A stretch of 64,000 nucleotides of DNA. Source: Octopus vulgaris. Taxonomy: Eukaryota. Under the pieces are notes generated by a model. The model saw only the letters and a program-made list of their open reading frames with translations. It was not told the origin of the DNA and ran no database searches. Location of the stretch: the NCBI GenBank assembly GCA_951406725.2, contig OX597825.1, positions 60,140,001 through 60,204,000 of the forward strand, in the 5' to 3' direction. Positions 13,196 through 25,916 of this stretch are shown here, piece after piece (positions within the stretch are counted from its first letter, which is position 1; every line of letters begins with the position of its first letter). The translations under genes were made by a program, and so were the position numbers.

Positions 13196-14041
13196 GAAAC
13201 ATTCACAACATTTTGTAGATACATTTCTAGTTAACTTAGTGCCTCCTATTATTGACTTCGTTCCTCAAGAACTTTGAAAACAATATCTAGTTATACGAAA
13301 GTTTTCATAGATAAGTTTCTTACGTGAAAATTACGATTACGTTAATGAAACTAAAAAAGCTAATTTCCTTTGTATGATGTGTGCTGTTTATTTAGTATTC
13401 AGAAATAAAAGAAATGAATCGAATTTTAACAATTAAATAACTTACTCACGACGTCGCATTTTTTTCCCTGAAATTAATGATTTCAGTTTATCAAAATACG
13501 AAAACAATGCAAAATTTATACATATTTGGTAGTTTAGCGAGCTGGATATCGGTTAGTTCATTATAATTTTCATTCACTACCATTAAAACAATTTAAATGT
13601 GAAGAAAGGGATAAAGACATACTTTGTTTTCACTAAAGAAGGAATTACTTGTTATCGTTGTAAAGAAAGAGAGAAGAATTTTCTTTATCATTGTTGTAAA
13701 AGGATTATTAAAATCGGACTGACTCTGCTTCAGAAGTGTGCTATTTCCTTAATTATTTCTTATTTATTATCTGTATTATACATGGATCCTGTTTTAGAAG
13801 TATGTTAATTCTTTAGTGTGTTAATTCTGCAGTTGATTCTTATAATAAAAATAATATACACATAAATAATAAAAAGCACTTTCGCCCTTTATTATGCATG
13901 GAGTTTTGCTATTTTAAATATTGACATACTCCAGAAGAGCCACATTTTCTAGAAGTTGGTGATGATTGGGAAATAATATAGTAGAATAACAAGTTTTACT
14001 AATCCTTTGAATTTCGAAAATCTTAAGTTTATTTGTACATT

Positions 14042-14284
14042 GGCGCAAGAGTACCTGTGTGGTAAGTAGCTTGTTTACTAATCACATCCTTCTAGATTCA
14101 GTCTCACTGCATGGCGTGGCACGTTGAGCAAGTGTCTTTTACTATATATATACATCCCTGTTTATTTCTGTCGAAGAGCGTAGGCTCGAAACGTAAAAGA
14201 CTTTGTCACTTCCCGAGCGTTAAACTAATACATCTGTTTGCTGTTTACACACCCGTCTTCGTCTTTTGCTTCTGTTGTAAATTC

Positions 14285-14334
<50 letters not shown>

Positions 14335-14420
14335 CTTGGTTTACAAAGAATCGATTTCTAAGGTTAAAGGTGGGGCTTCAGCATGGCCGCAGTCAGATGA
14401 CTGAAATAAATAAAAGAATA
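14042..14420 (+). mobile_element. SINE family B, interrupted by an HHR element; middle missing
   Basis: Head 14042-14142 (TGTGTGGTAAGTAGCTTG) and tail 14341-14420 (CAGCATGGCCGCAGTCAGATGACTGAAA). Confidence 0.75.
14163..14200 (+). ncRNA. Variant minimal hammerhead (core CTGTCGA) in a ~140-bp TA-flanked element (14152-14289)
   Basis: TTT-CTGTCGA-A-GAGC-gtag-GCTC-GAAACGTA-AAA. A second copy of this family lies at about 44035-44202. Confidence 0.6.
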
Positions 14421-15988
14421 GATGCATATGTAGAACGAAGTACATGTATACATACATGCACTCGCACAGACGCACACACATGCAAACACACACGCCTACG
14501 CACGCACCCTCCACACACACGCACACACAAAAATGAGGGCGTACAAAAATACATATAGCTATAGTCAGTAAATAGAGATATACTTGTTAGAAATATATGT
14601 ATAAATTCATGTTTATGTTGCTGTTGTATGATTATATGACACAGAAATTAACACTGCAGGGGAACTGATTTAAGTGTAATTATGTATCTAAAAACGTGTT
14701 GCAGGTTCTGAATGTTATATGCTAGTGCATATAAACGAATAAAAACAAATTTTTCAACGCAGGATATTTAATAGACCATTCATACATATACGCATATATA
14801 TGTATATGCATGTTGTTCATAATATATTCACCACAACTATGTTAAATATTTTCAATACAATTCAATATAATTTTTATATACTTCTAGTGCCTATAGGGTT
14901 CTTCTTACTGCTGATCAGTTTTTTTACCTACTCTCTAAATCTCTTTCCACCCACTCACCATACTTCTCTTTACCTGTTTTTTCTATGCTTACTCATCCTT
15001 TCCATATCATTTTGTTACTTTAAGCTCATATGATTCAAACCCTGTGCTTTTTTTGTCACTAGTTCTTACTTAACATCATATGAGGAGTATCCCATTATAT
15101 ATAATCTGTTATTCCATTTGAGCCAATATTATTTTTTTTTGGCTTCTTCGCTATACCCAGTCAACACAGTTCATGAATTTCATCGGAGAATATTACTATA
15201 TACCTGTTTGTAAGTGACCATTATTTTACTCGTACATTCTTGCCCTCAATCATTTAAATTCTCGGAGTATTCATTGTGATGTGACACCATTGTGTATTTT
15301 ACAGTCATTGGCATGACCAGATTTGTAGTAGTATGGGAGAAAGGAACCGGTTCTCGAATGCTAGGCTGACGATGAGTGTTTTTTACTTCTGACTTACCTA
15401 TCCCGTTAAGCGCATTAAATAACCACATATTTGTTTATACATACACACTCTGCTAGACATAAATATGCAAGATATTTAACAAAAAATATATATGTGTGCA
15501 TATGTACGTATGTATGCATGCATGTATGTATAAATGTGTGTGTGTGTGTGGGTGTGTGTGTGCAAACGTGTTTAAAAACGTATTCTGGTATTTACGAAGA
15601 TAAAATGAATATAAACGAGAGAATGTCGCGAACATGACCTTAGTATTCCTTAATTAAATTTAATTCTGAATATTGGCAATTTCCCTTTCAGTGTTACGAG
15701 AGTTACTTCACTTATTGCATAAACGTTTTCTTATACAGATTACTATAGAAAAAAAATATCATTATATATATACGTAAACCTACCTACATTTATATATTTA
15801 TGTGTGAATAGATGGTTTTATACTATTATGTAGGTATTGATATCAAATATATTTCTAAATGATATTTTAAATTTATGACTCTCAGACACGTTATGTAACT
15901 GGTGTTTCTCTCCGACATAAAACTCATTGTTTTACCATATATCGCAAACTCAATAAAAAATTCAGAAATATATAGCAATCTATCCAGT

Positions 15989-16175
15989 CCTAGGTTTTAT
16001 TTTTTTTTTCAGGAAATTTTTCCTCCTGCAGAATTCAATATTAAAATATCTAGGTTTCATTTTTTTTCAAGAAATTTTGCCTCCCGTAGAATTCAATAAT
16101 GTTATAATATTTAGGTTTCATTTTTTTTAACAAGAATTTTTTCCTCACACAGAATTCAATAATTTTATAATATCT
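15989..16175. repeat. Three tandem ~60-bp units
   Basis: TAGGTTT(T/C)ATTTTTTT..AAGAAATTTT.CCTC...AGAATTCAATA three times. Confidence 0.8.
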
Positions 16176-16302
16176 ACGAATTATAATTTCTCGCTTTTAA
16201 AGAAGAGACTGGAAGCTAAAAACTTTACGCACTCCGCACACTTCAGACATAAGCCTAATGGTTTATGCACATTATTGAGCTATAATATTGTACATGTTGT
16301 AA

Positions 16303-16500
16303 AAGTGGCGAGTTGGCTGTGTCGTTAACATAGCGGAAATATTGCCTCTAAAATTTAACGCTGGAGTTGAAATACTGCCGAGGTAGATTTTGGGCTTCAT
16401 CCTCTCATGATCGATAAAATAAGCACAAGTCATTTGTTGAGCTCAACACAATCAACTTCTCCTGCCCCTCAAATTTTCTGACCTTGAGCCTGTATTAAAA
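16303..16500 (+). mobile_element. SINE family C, diverged
   Basis: GTGGCGAGTTGGC...GCCGAGGTAGATTTTGGGCTTCATCC. Confidence 0.6.
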
Positions 16501-16552
16501 AGGAGTAATTAGACATCAGATAAATGTCATTATACGCACAGGCATTTATGTT

Positions 16553-16613
<61 letters not shown>

Positions 16614-17186
16614 TATTTCAGTGGCCGAGGATTACCCTAGGTTTCCCGTCCATAAAGGATTTAGCTTTATGGCATATCATCAGCCATCAGAACTTGCTAA
16701 CCTAAGACCTCTTCAACATATGGAAGGAGAAAAGCCTAAACCTGTTAGGGACTGGAAGCCCAGGGTAGTCTCATAAACCGGCCTCCCCCCGTTAAAGTGT
16801 ACATTATTCTACATCTTAGAGTTAACTTCTTCTTCGGATTTTTGTTTCCAAGATTCTCGATATGAATCCGTGTATTGAAATGAACCTTTGTGTCTTGTGG
16901 GTGCCATTACGCCAATAATTACACATGTGGTCGTTCACTATCATTTCTTTATTGTTATTCGACTGGTTAAATGTAAACAAAACATCGATTAGTAAGATAT
17001 TTAACAAATTAACTAGGAATGAAGAAATCTTCTTGAACAAGTGTATGTATTAATATTGGAGTAATGACCCTCTCAAGACACAACAAGATATATATGTATG
17101 TATGTATGTATGCATGTATGTATGTATGTATGTGGGTATATATTTACATATATACACATATATATATGTGTATATATGTATATATA

Positions 17187-17357
17187 TCTCTATATATAAA
17201 CGGCAGTTTGTCTGTGCGTGTTTCTGTGTGTCTGTTTTCTCGTACCCTCACTCTCATTTTTTTTCCATTTTTTTGCTATTTTTTGGCTATAACTCTCTAA
17301 AGATGCTTTATAGTTATTTCCCTTACAAACCTGAGCAACGCCGGGCGATACTGCTAG
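17187..17357 (+). mobile_element. Non-autonomous Helitron (171 bp)
   Basis: A|TC start, subterminal GC-rich hairpin CCTGAGCAACGCCGGG, CTAG|T end, no TSD. Confidence 0.8.
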
Positions 17358-17744
17358 TATGAGCATATATGTGAACTTGTTGCTCTACCTATGCACATGC
17401 CCAAGTTTATGTTTATATTCGTATGCCATTTCAAACAGTGAGACACTATTGATACTGATAGTTTTGCCTTTCCTCTGGTGACATAAATCTAAAATATATC
17501 CTAATTATGCAGACGTGATATTTTAAGCATTTCGTACATCAGTGAAGCGGAAAGATTCCACTAATAAATTGCCTTAGAATTACTCGAATTGTTGCTATAA
17601 CAGTTAGTACTGTTTAAGTTATTCTTGCAGAAGGAGTCAGATATATTCCCTGAGACTTGCTGATATTATATCGTATTTGGTGCAAAATAATAATAATAAT
17701 AATATAACATTCTTAGGATGATAAATTCTGCAACAAGAACACAT

Positions 17745-18122
17745 ACTCTTTTACTTGTTTCAGTCATTTGACTGCGCCATGCTGGAGCATCGCCTTTAGT
17801 CGAGCAAATCGACCCCGGGACTTATTCTTTGTAAGCTCAGTACTTATTCTATCGGTATCTTTTGCAGAACCACTAAGTGACGAGGACGTAAACACACCAG
17901 CATCGGTTGTCAAGCAATGCTAGGGGGACAAATATATACACACACACTTATATATACATATATACGACAGGCTTCTTTCAGTTTCCGTCTACCAAATCCA
18001 CTCACAAGGCATTCGTTGGCCCGGAGCCATAGCAGAAGACACTTGCCCAAGATGCAACGCAGTGGGACTTAACCCGGAACCATGTGGTTGGTTAGCAAGC
18101 TACTTACCACACAGCCACTCCT
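17745..18122 (-). mobile_element. SINE family B, near full length
   Basis: Head GGAGTGGCTGTGTGGTAAG...GGGTTAAGTCCC, internal (TA/TG)n, tail CTCCAGCATGGCGCAGTCAAATGACTGAAACAAG. Confidence 0.9.
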
Positions 18123-18333
18123 ACATTTCACTCAGTATACGTATATATTCTTCATTTTATATTTGTTTGACGACAGCCTTTAAACATGAAATACTTATAT
18201 AGGTAAAATTAATTTTCGAGCAGTGATTATAGCGGTTTACGTTCTCATGATTTGTCGAAAATAACTTTGTTGTACACGTCTATAAGAATACATATATTTG
18301 TAAACAGGCGTGCCTGTGTGATAAGTAGCTAGA

Positions 18334-19065
18334 GGCACAGGTGTGGCTGTGTAGTCTGTAGCTTGCTTACAAACCACGTGGTTGCGGATTCAGTCCCATT
18401 GTTTGTCACTATGGACAAGTGTCTTCTGTTATAGCCCCGGGCCGACCAAAAGCTTGTGAGTGGATTTGTTACACGGAAACTGAAAAACCCCAGTCATATA
18501 TATATGTGAAGGCGCATGGCTCAGTGGTTAGAGCGTCGAGCTTACGATCGTGAGGTTGTGAGCTCGAATCCCGGACGGGGCTGCGTGTTGTGTTCTTGAG
18601 CAAGGCACTTTATTTCACGTTGCTCCAGTTCACTCAGCTGTAGAAATGAGTTGCGACGTCACAGGTGCCAAGCTGTATCGGCCCTTGCCTTTCCCTTGGA
18701 CAACATCGGTGACGTGGAGAGGGAGGCCGGTATGCATGGGCGACTGCTGGTCTTCCATAAAATAACCTTGCCCAGACTTGTGCCTCAGAGGGTATCTCTC
18801 TAGGTGCAAACCCATGGTCAGTGCCTGACCGAAGGGGGTCTTTACCCCTTTTATATATGTGTGTGTGCGTTTGTTGCCCCATCATTGCTTGACAAACGAT
18901 GTCGGTGTTTTCACGTCCCCGTAACTTAGCGGTTCGGCAAAATACACCGATAGGATAAGTACTAGGCTTACAAAGAATAAGTCCTGGTTTCGATTTATTC
19001 ATCTGAAAGTGATGCTACAGCATGGCTGCTGTCAAATGACTGAAACAAATAAAAGAGTAAAAGAA
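18334..19065 (+). mobile_element. SINE family B with a nested SINE
   Basis: Halves at 18334-18497 and 18853-19065. Confidence 0.85.
18506..18851 (+). mobile_element. tRNA-derived SINE (family A head/core, different tail) inserted in the central (TA)n of SINE B
   Basis: TGGCTCAGTGGTTAGAGCG (A box), GAGCTCGAATCCC (B box), TGTGTTCTTGAGCAAGGCACTTTATTTCACGTTGCTCCAG core. Confidence 0.85.
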
Positions 19066-19096
<31 letters not shown>

Positions 19097-19120
<24 letters not shown>

Positions 19121-19363
19121 ATGACATCGTTATTTAAAATACCGATATTATCAGGTGGCCAGCATTGTAATAAAAACGGTAATAATTAATTATTAAAATT
19201 ATAATTAGGAGTACCTAAGAGATACCACCATGCTAGATATACCAGCCAAAACTTGATTCTAAAACGACATTAAATGTTCATACACCACCATGAGCATTTA
19301 ATATGATTTTGGAGGCTGCTATATCAAGCATGGTGGTATCTCTTAGATACCCTTAGTTATAAT

Positions 19364-19365
<2 letters not shown>
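19097..19365. mobile_element. Unclassified TA-flanked foldback element (unique arm + terminal hairpin)
   Basis: Hairpin CTAAGAGATACCACCATGCT.../...AGCATGGTGGTATCTCTTAG. Same family in the opposite orientation at 60793-61010. Confidence 0.7.
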
Positions 19366-19398
<33 letters not shown>

Positions 19399-20622
19399 AT
19401 GTGTGTGTATGTGTGTATGTGTGTGTTTATACTCCATCGTATATGTGCGCAGGTATATCACAATCGTCAAGAATTTCACTTCGAAAGCACCCTTACTACA
19501 GATTCAAATATATTGCTCTGGAAATGCTTTCTGCTATGAGTAAGTGTTAAGTAGGACTTGACAATGAGTGTGTCAGTGTGTGTGTAGGAGCGCGCCTGTG
19601 TGACTGTGTGAGTGTGTGTCTGTTTGTCTGCGTATCTGTTTGTCCGTATTTGAGTGTGAGTTTGTGTCTGTATTTACACATCACCAAACAACGCTTCCTT
19701 AAAAATAATTTTCGCACTGCAAAATTTAATGATATTAAGTAAATTGTAACAAATATTGACACTAATATGTTCACTTACCTCTTTACTAAAAAAAAATTTG
19801 CTTTACAAATTATTTCAGAAAAACGCAAAATATATCCATCCTTACATACACTCTTACAAGCACGCGCGCACACACACACGCACATATATATATTTAGGTT
19901 AGTTGAAATATGCTTGTCATATTTGAACAGGTAAAGGCAAATACACATCAGGTACAGCGGAGAAGAAATCTCTCTTATGATAAGAAGGTGTGAAAACATC
20001 CCGTTCGTTCAGTGTCACCATCTCTAGAGAATCTCAGACATCGAGATTTCGAGATTTTTAACTCTTGTCGATGAGATATACCTAAGAGAGACAACTCTGA
20101 ACGATATATATAGCCATAAACACAAACACATACATTTGTGTGAGTCCATGTCTGTGTGTATGCCTCTAAGTGCGTCCGCGTATGCCTATGTGAAAGAAAT
20201 TTGATTGGTATTCTATAATAAGAACTAAAATAAGCGATTACAAACCTTTACCAACCCCATACACACATTCTCCATACCAGATCTATGAACTCTGACACAC
20301 TAATGAACATTAGATCTGAAATTTTCAGCTGTTTTAAGTAATGTTTCTGTTGACGGAATGGAAAGTACCACCCCAGGGCACTATCTTTTCAGTATTATAG
20401 TTCACGGTCAAAAGGGAAATAACTCTAGTCCCTCCACCTTTTGTTTCTTTCCGTTTTCTTTTTCGATTTCCGTTTTTTTAACCTTCTACTTTCCATATCT
20501 ACTACTTTCTCGCATGTCCTTCCTTTTGCTCTCATCCTTTCGTCCGACGTTTAGCTTCTCATGTCATGTGGTCAGTTCTGAAGATTGCGCTGAGACACCA
20601 GATGTGTTAAAAAACACTGCCT

Positions 20623-20666
<44 letters not shown>

Positions 20667-21799
20667 TAGCAATGCATCCCGGCGTTGCCCGGGTGTTATG
20701 AGCTACAGCCACATTGCATTACTTGTTTCTTTCTTGTGGACAGAATCGGCACACGAGAAGTGTGAAGCGACAACTCTCCTTTATAATCATGTTTTTTGGG
20801 TCATTTTGTGATGAACAATGCTGAAATTGTTGACATCAAAAACATGTAGTATGGCGGTTTAGATTAGAATGAAATCCTAACATTGTCGCCAAAATGACCT
20901 AGACTTAATGATTTAAAGAATTGGATAACGTATAAGAGCGTAGTGATATCCGTTTTGCAGAAAGTAGGGTACATGGAAAGAAAGCTGCTTGATTGTGAAG
21001 AGCATCTTCGCTGTAATGTCTGGGCAGACTGCACACTTCAGCATATGTTAAGTGAAGTCGACAATGCTTATGGGCAAACTATGTTTTGCGTAAGTACAGT
21101 GCTGGCAGAATAAATATACAAGTCATCTGCACTGCTAATTCGAGAGCATGCGATATATCGTTGTTCATGAGAAAAGCAGAGGGTTTGTAAATTGAGACCC
21201 ACAATTTTTAAAGTTTGAGCCTGGGTTTTGCTGATTGTCATAGCGAAGAACAATCGTACTGGGAACTGGAGGCACTTGAATTGAAATGGTATATTTGAGG
21301 CGAGCTGGCAGAACTTACTTTTGCATACCTTTCTTAATTCCAAAATAAGGAAATTAAATTAGTGAAGTTGTAAGCATTTTGACAGCATAAGGTTACCGTA
21401 CATTATAATGAGAAATTGAAAGAGAGAGAGATCATGTATGATTCTACGCATGCGTGAAAGATGGGACGAATGTGAAAGTCACCTGAAAATTGTGCTATCC
21501 GATCTCGTTTGTGGGGTTCTCAGCGTCTTCTTCTCAACCGCTTTACACCTCTTTGTGTCGGCTTTCTTTCACCTTTACTTACATACATACATAAAATATC
21601 AACTTTCGACCCGGTTACATTCACTATCAACTATAGAATATACATAGAGTATGAAACATCATCATTTCTCTCTAACCTGATATCCCTGTCTGTCATATTC
21701 TCTCATAGACAATTGTTTTCTGTCTCTGTATCTTTCTCTGTCTTTTTCTCATTCTTTATGCTTTGAAGAGAGCAGACATAGAAAGAGAAAAGAAAGCAG

Positions 21800-21839
<40 letters not shown>

Positions 21840-22327
21840 AGAACGTGAAGTAGATGAGAAAGTGAAAGATGTATGTACGTGTATATGAAATGGATGTTTG
21901 TGTGTATGTGTGTGAGTGCGTGTGTGCGAGAGAGGGTGAGGGAGAGAGAGAGAGAGAGAGACGGAGAGAAAGAAAGAAAAAGATAGAGGGAGTGAGTGAA
22001 GGCGCGTGTCGTGATGACGGATGTGTTTTAAGGTACATACTCATATAGAAATTGTGATGTCATCGTCGTCGTCGTATAAAATGTTTATGATAGTTAACTT
22101 ATGGAAAAAAATTATAATGTTATATATATATATATATACATATATATGTATATATTATAATTTTTGCAATGCAAATTGTTAATGAAAATAAAGTTTAGTT
22201 GGTAGCCGAAATAGTACTGAAACTTTTGATACGCCATACGTCAAAATCGGTAACTCGGTTTTGGAATGCATAAGGAACATACACGCGCACGCGCGCATAC
22301 ACACACACAAACTCTTTTTTATAGATA
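20667..22327 (-). mobile_element. Internally deleted Helitron with PIF1 helicase remnant
   Basis: 3' hairpin CCCGGGCAACGCCGGG plus CTAT at about 20667-20693, helicase remnant at 21068-21343, and a putative 5' end TCTATATAAAAAAG at about 22327 (5' boundary less certain). Confidence 0.65.
21068..21343 (-). pseudogene. PIF1-family (Helitron RepHel) helicase C-terminal fragment
   Basis: PFQFKCLQFPVRLFFAMTISKTQAQTLKIVGLNLQTLCFSHEQRYIACSRI matches QFPVRLAFAMTINKSQGQTL..VG...FSHGQLYVACSRV. Confidence 0.85.
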
Positions 22328-23902
22328 TAGGTATGTTGTGGGTGGAGGTGAATGTGTGGACACATTAACAGAGCACGTTGGTTGTGTAATGTGGCCATAT
22401 TGAGGTGTCGGTGAATGTTTATGAAATATTTAATTTCTTTTACTGACGCAGAAAATTTTTCATTACAAATCAACAGATGTGACCAAATTGTATTTGCCAG
22501 CTGTAGGAATTACTGAAGCGCTCTACTTCTCATTCTTTACCATATATTTCAAATCGCACCGATGATGTGTGAGTGTGTTTTTGCATCAAATGTTTTACTT
22601 TACTCTAAATTAAACACGTTTTATTGTTTTTATATGTAATTATATGGATTTTAGTATTATTTTCTGCAAAATTGTTCAAGTTTGAGAACCATGTTTCATA
22701 CATTATAACTTTGCCCAGTAGCTTACATATCGTTATATACAGAATATGTTTCTGTATTGTTGGTGGTAACATGCACCAACCTACCACACAACATATACAT
22801 ACATGCATACTTACATACGTACCTATCTATCTATCTATCTATCTATCTATCCGTCTCTCTGCCTGTCTAGCTACCCAGATAGGTACCTGTTTACCTCTCT
22901 CTCTTTATCCACCTACCTATCTACCTACATATTTATCTACCTACCTATCTACCTACCTACTTATCTATCTATCTATATATCTATCTATTTATCTACCTAT
23001 CAATCTATCTACGTCTGTCTATCTATCAATCTATTTTATTATTCATCTATCTATCTCCCTACTAGCAATCTATCTGCCTACCTTATCTATCTATCTATTT
23101 ATCTACCTATCTATCTCTCAAAATGTTTGTCTGTCTATCTGTTTGTCTACCCCCCTCTCCCTCTCATTATCAACCTATTCGGTTAGTGTTTCTGAAAATC
23201 TCTTTTGATCAACTCCATGCTTCCTCAAAGATATTCTGTTGTTATGCGAGTTAAGATACTTTCAATACAATAATGAGAAATATCATTCACTGGTAAATCA
23301 ACTTAGGAGTTTTTTTATATGTATATGAATAAGATCCTCTTAAATATTATTTTCTGATCTCAGATTTTAAAAAAATATAATAAAAGAATTATACAATCAA
23401 AGATATTTGGAAACCAGTAATCAAAAGCACCAGCCGAAATTTCCTCATGTGTGCCAATTTTCGAAATTAGTACACTAGAATGTTTTTCAGTTGTTCTTGG
23501 TTTTAATGTGAGAATTTGCTTTTAGACAATTTTGAAAATTTCAGATCTTTTAATTGATTTAAAATTTCGTAATTGAGGGTCAGATTTGTTTTCATACTAC
23601 GATGCTCAAGGGAGACAGTTTTCATTTCAGACCATCGATTACTTTGATTTGTGTTCAGCCTTTGGAGAATTGGTTCTCTGCGTGTAGACTCCATTTGAAA
23701 AATTTCTCTTAAAATCAATATTTTTTTAACGACAAGCATATATATGGCACGCATGTTTCAACTTGAGTGTAATGAACAATGGCGTTCATTATTTTCGATA
23801 AAATTGTGTTTGGTCGCTGTTTCATGTAAAAATGCAGAACTATACAAAGTTAGTTCGTTTTTTCCGTAAATTTTACAATATTTATTGCTTACTAACCAAA
23901 TA

Positions 23903-24140
23903 TTGGGTTGGTGTAAAATTATTACGGCTTATTTTCAATAAATTTTATTCAACAAAAACAATCTTTAAAAACACCTTTAAATGACGGTCTGGCCGTCTGC
24001 CAAGCAAATGGGAGCAGTAATTGAAGTAGATGATGAATATGCTCCGGAATAATCATTCAAGGATGTTTTTGATACATGTTATTGTTTTTGTTGAATAAAA
24101 TTTGTCGAAAAAAAGCCGCAATAATTATGCACCAACCCAA
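23903..24140 (+). mobile_element. Internally deleted mariner (MITE)
   Basis: TIRs TTGGGTTGGTGTAAAATTATTACGGCTT / AAGCCGCAATAATTATGCACCAACCCAA, TA TSDs, and a C-terminal remnant RLPSKW../VIEVDDEYAPE*. Confidence 0.85.
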
Positions 24141-25519
24141 TATTCAGCATCATACCCTAATATTTACATTTCATATAAAGCTGCTTCCTGTAAATTGTAA
24201 TTATGGGATAATACATTTGAGATGTTTGAGACGTTTATTTCAAATTCAGTACATTTTCGAAACTTATATATGTTTACAAAACAGTTTAAATGGTATTAGT
24301 GAAAAACGTTTCCAATTCTGGGAGTAATTTATGTTAGTGTTGAAAGCCTTTCTACGTTTTCCCAAATATTCATACCAATTGTGTGTAGTAAATTTTCACG
24401 TTTGAAGAGAATATATTATGATCTTACTGTTGTGAATATACCTTTAGTATTTGAAATATGTCGCAAACATATTTTAACTAGCCTAAATTTCGCTTTTGCC
24501 AACATATTGCTCGGCGCTGATATTACTGTAATTTTCCTGACCTTGATGGTATACTGGCGCAACTGAAGTAATATTGTTGACTGCATTTTAATTAAAGCCA
24601 CAACTTGCTTACATCTATTCAGAGTTGCCTGTCTTCGGTATTTCTCAATGATAAAAGCTAAGAAGCTAGACACATCGAGGTCTGAGAATCCTACAAGAGG
24701 CAACACCGGACAGATATCATGTTTTTACAGCATTATTTTTTTGTTACTATAAGAGAGATTTTTTTTCTTCACGGTAACTGCAGTGAATGTTTTGTATTGT
24801 CCTGTACTGTCTTTCTATATTAGATCTTATGATGATAATAAAGAAATCTGGCAGCTGAGACATGTCGCAAACATATCTAAACTAGTCTAAAATTCACTAA
24901 TGACTGAACACCACTTGACGCTGATATTACTCTTATTTCTTTCTTCACATTTTTACAGATTTAATATTAACAGAAGCTTAAGTTCGTATATGTTATTTAT
25001 AATTGATTTAGAACGACTTTTACCAAGAACTAGTAATGTAGCTCAATAAGCTATCTCATATTAAATATTGCTTTACATAGACTTTCGTACTATACTCTTT
25101 TAACACTTTTTCCAATATCTAACACTTTGAAATATATTTGTAAAGCTTCAAGATCATTTTAGTTTAAAATATAGCACAATTGTGTAAGTCTTCTCAGTTC
25201 GAGAATTCCTATATGAATTTCCTGATCACTTATGCATTTATTTCTGTCTTATAAATTGCAGATATACATATTATAAAGCGAATATGTTAAGTCTTTCTAA
25301 TTTTCATTATAATGAATCTTTAGTTCTTTCACTCGAACTAGACTTTTAGATAAAGGTATTGCTTGGGATTTAATGAACTTACAACATTGTCGAAACATTT
25401 AGCATTCTGAAACCTAATCTTTGCAATGTAATTATATTTTTCAGTGATAATTACACTTTTTAGCTATTTTCCTATTTTATATTGCCTGATTTCGTGTTGT
25501 CTGACGCATGCTTTTGTAT

Positions 25520-25570
<51 letters not shown>

Positions 25571-25608
25571 TAAATAAAATAGATGGGATGTTTAATATAT
25601 TTTATTGG

Positions 25609-25650
25609 GTACAACACATGTTTCTACCCGTTCTGGGTTTCTTCGGGTAC
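25609..25650 (-). ncRNA. Hammerhead, U4C variant (CCGAAGA)
   Basis: GTAC-CCGAAGA-AACCC-agaac-GGGTA-GAAAC-ATGT-GTT-GTAC. Confidence 0.6.
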
Positions 25651-25874
25651 ATCAATAAAAAAGTCTCACTGGAGATTTCCTGAGTCGGTTTACGTACTGG
25701 TATATGTCCATCAAATTCGAGAATGAGTAAAAACAGAGAAAAGATTTTCATGTTCATATTTGAATTTTTTGCATTTCAATAATTTTTCTCTCTTTTTACT
25801 CATTCTCGAATTTGATGGATATATAGCGGTACGTTAGCCGACTCCGGAAATCTCTACTGAGACTTTGTACTGAC

Positions 25875-25916
25875 GTGCCCGAAGAGACTCAGGATGGGTC
25901 GACACATGTGTTATAC
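25875..25916 (+). ncRNA. Degenerate hammerhead (inverted partner)
   Basis: GTGC-CCGAAGA-GACTC-aggat-GGGTC-GACAC-ATGT-GTT-ATAC; GAAA is mutated to GACA. Confidence 0.5.

Noticed and set aside
18506-18580. tRNA gene
   Set aside because: A and B boxes are present, but the sequence continues into a SINE body. These are SINE heads, not tRNAs; the same applies to all SINE copies.
19772-19800. Possible 7-nt microexon (TTTTAG|TAAAGAG|GTAAGT, minus strand)
   Set aside because: Such motifs are expected by chance in 64 kb of AT-rich DNA; no supporting frame.
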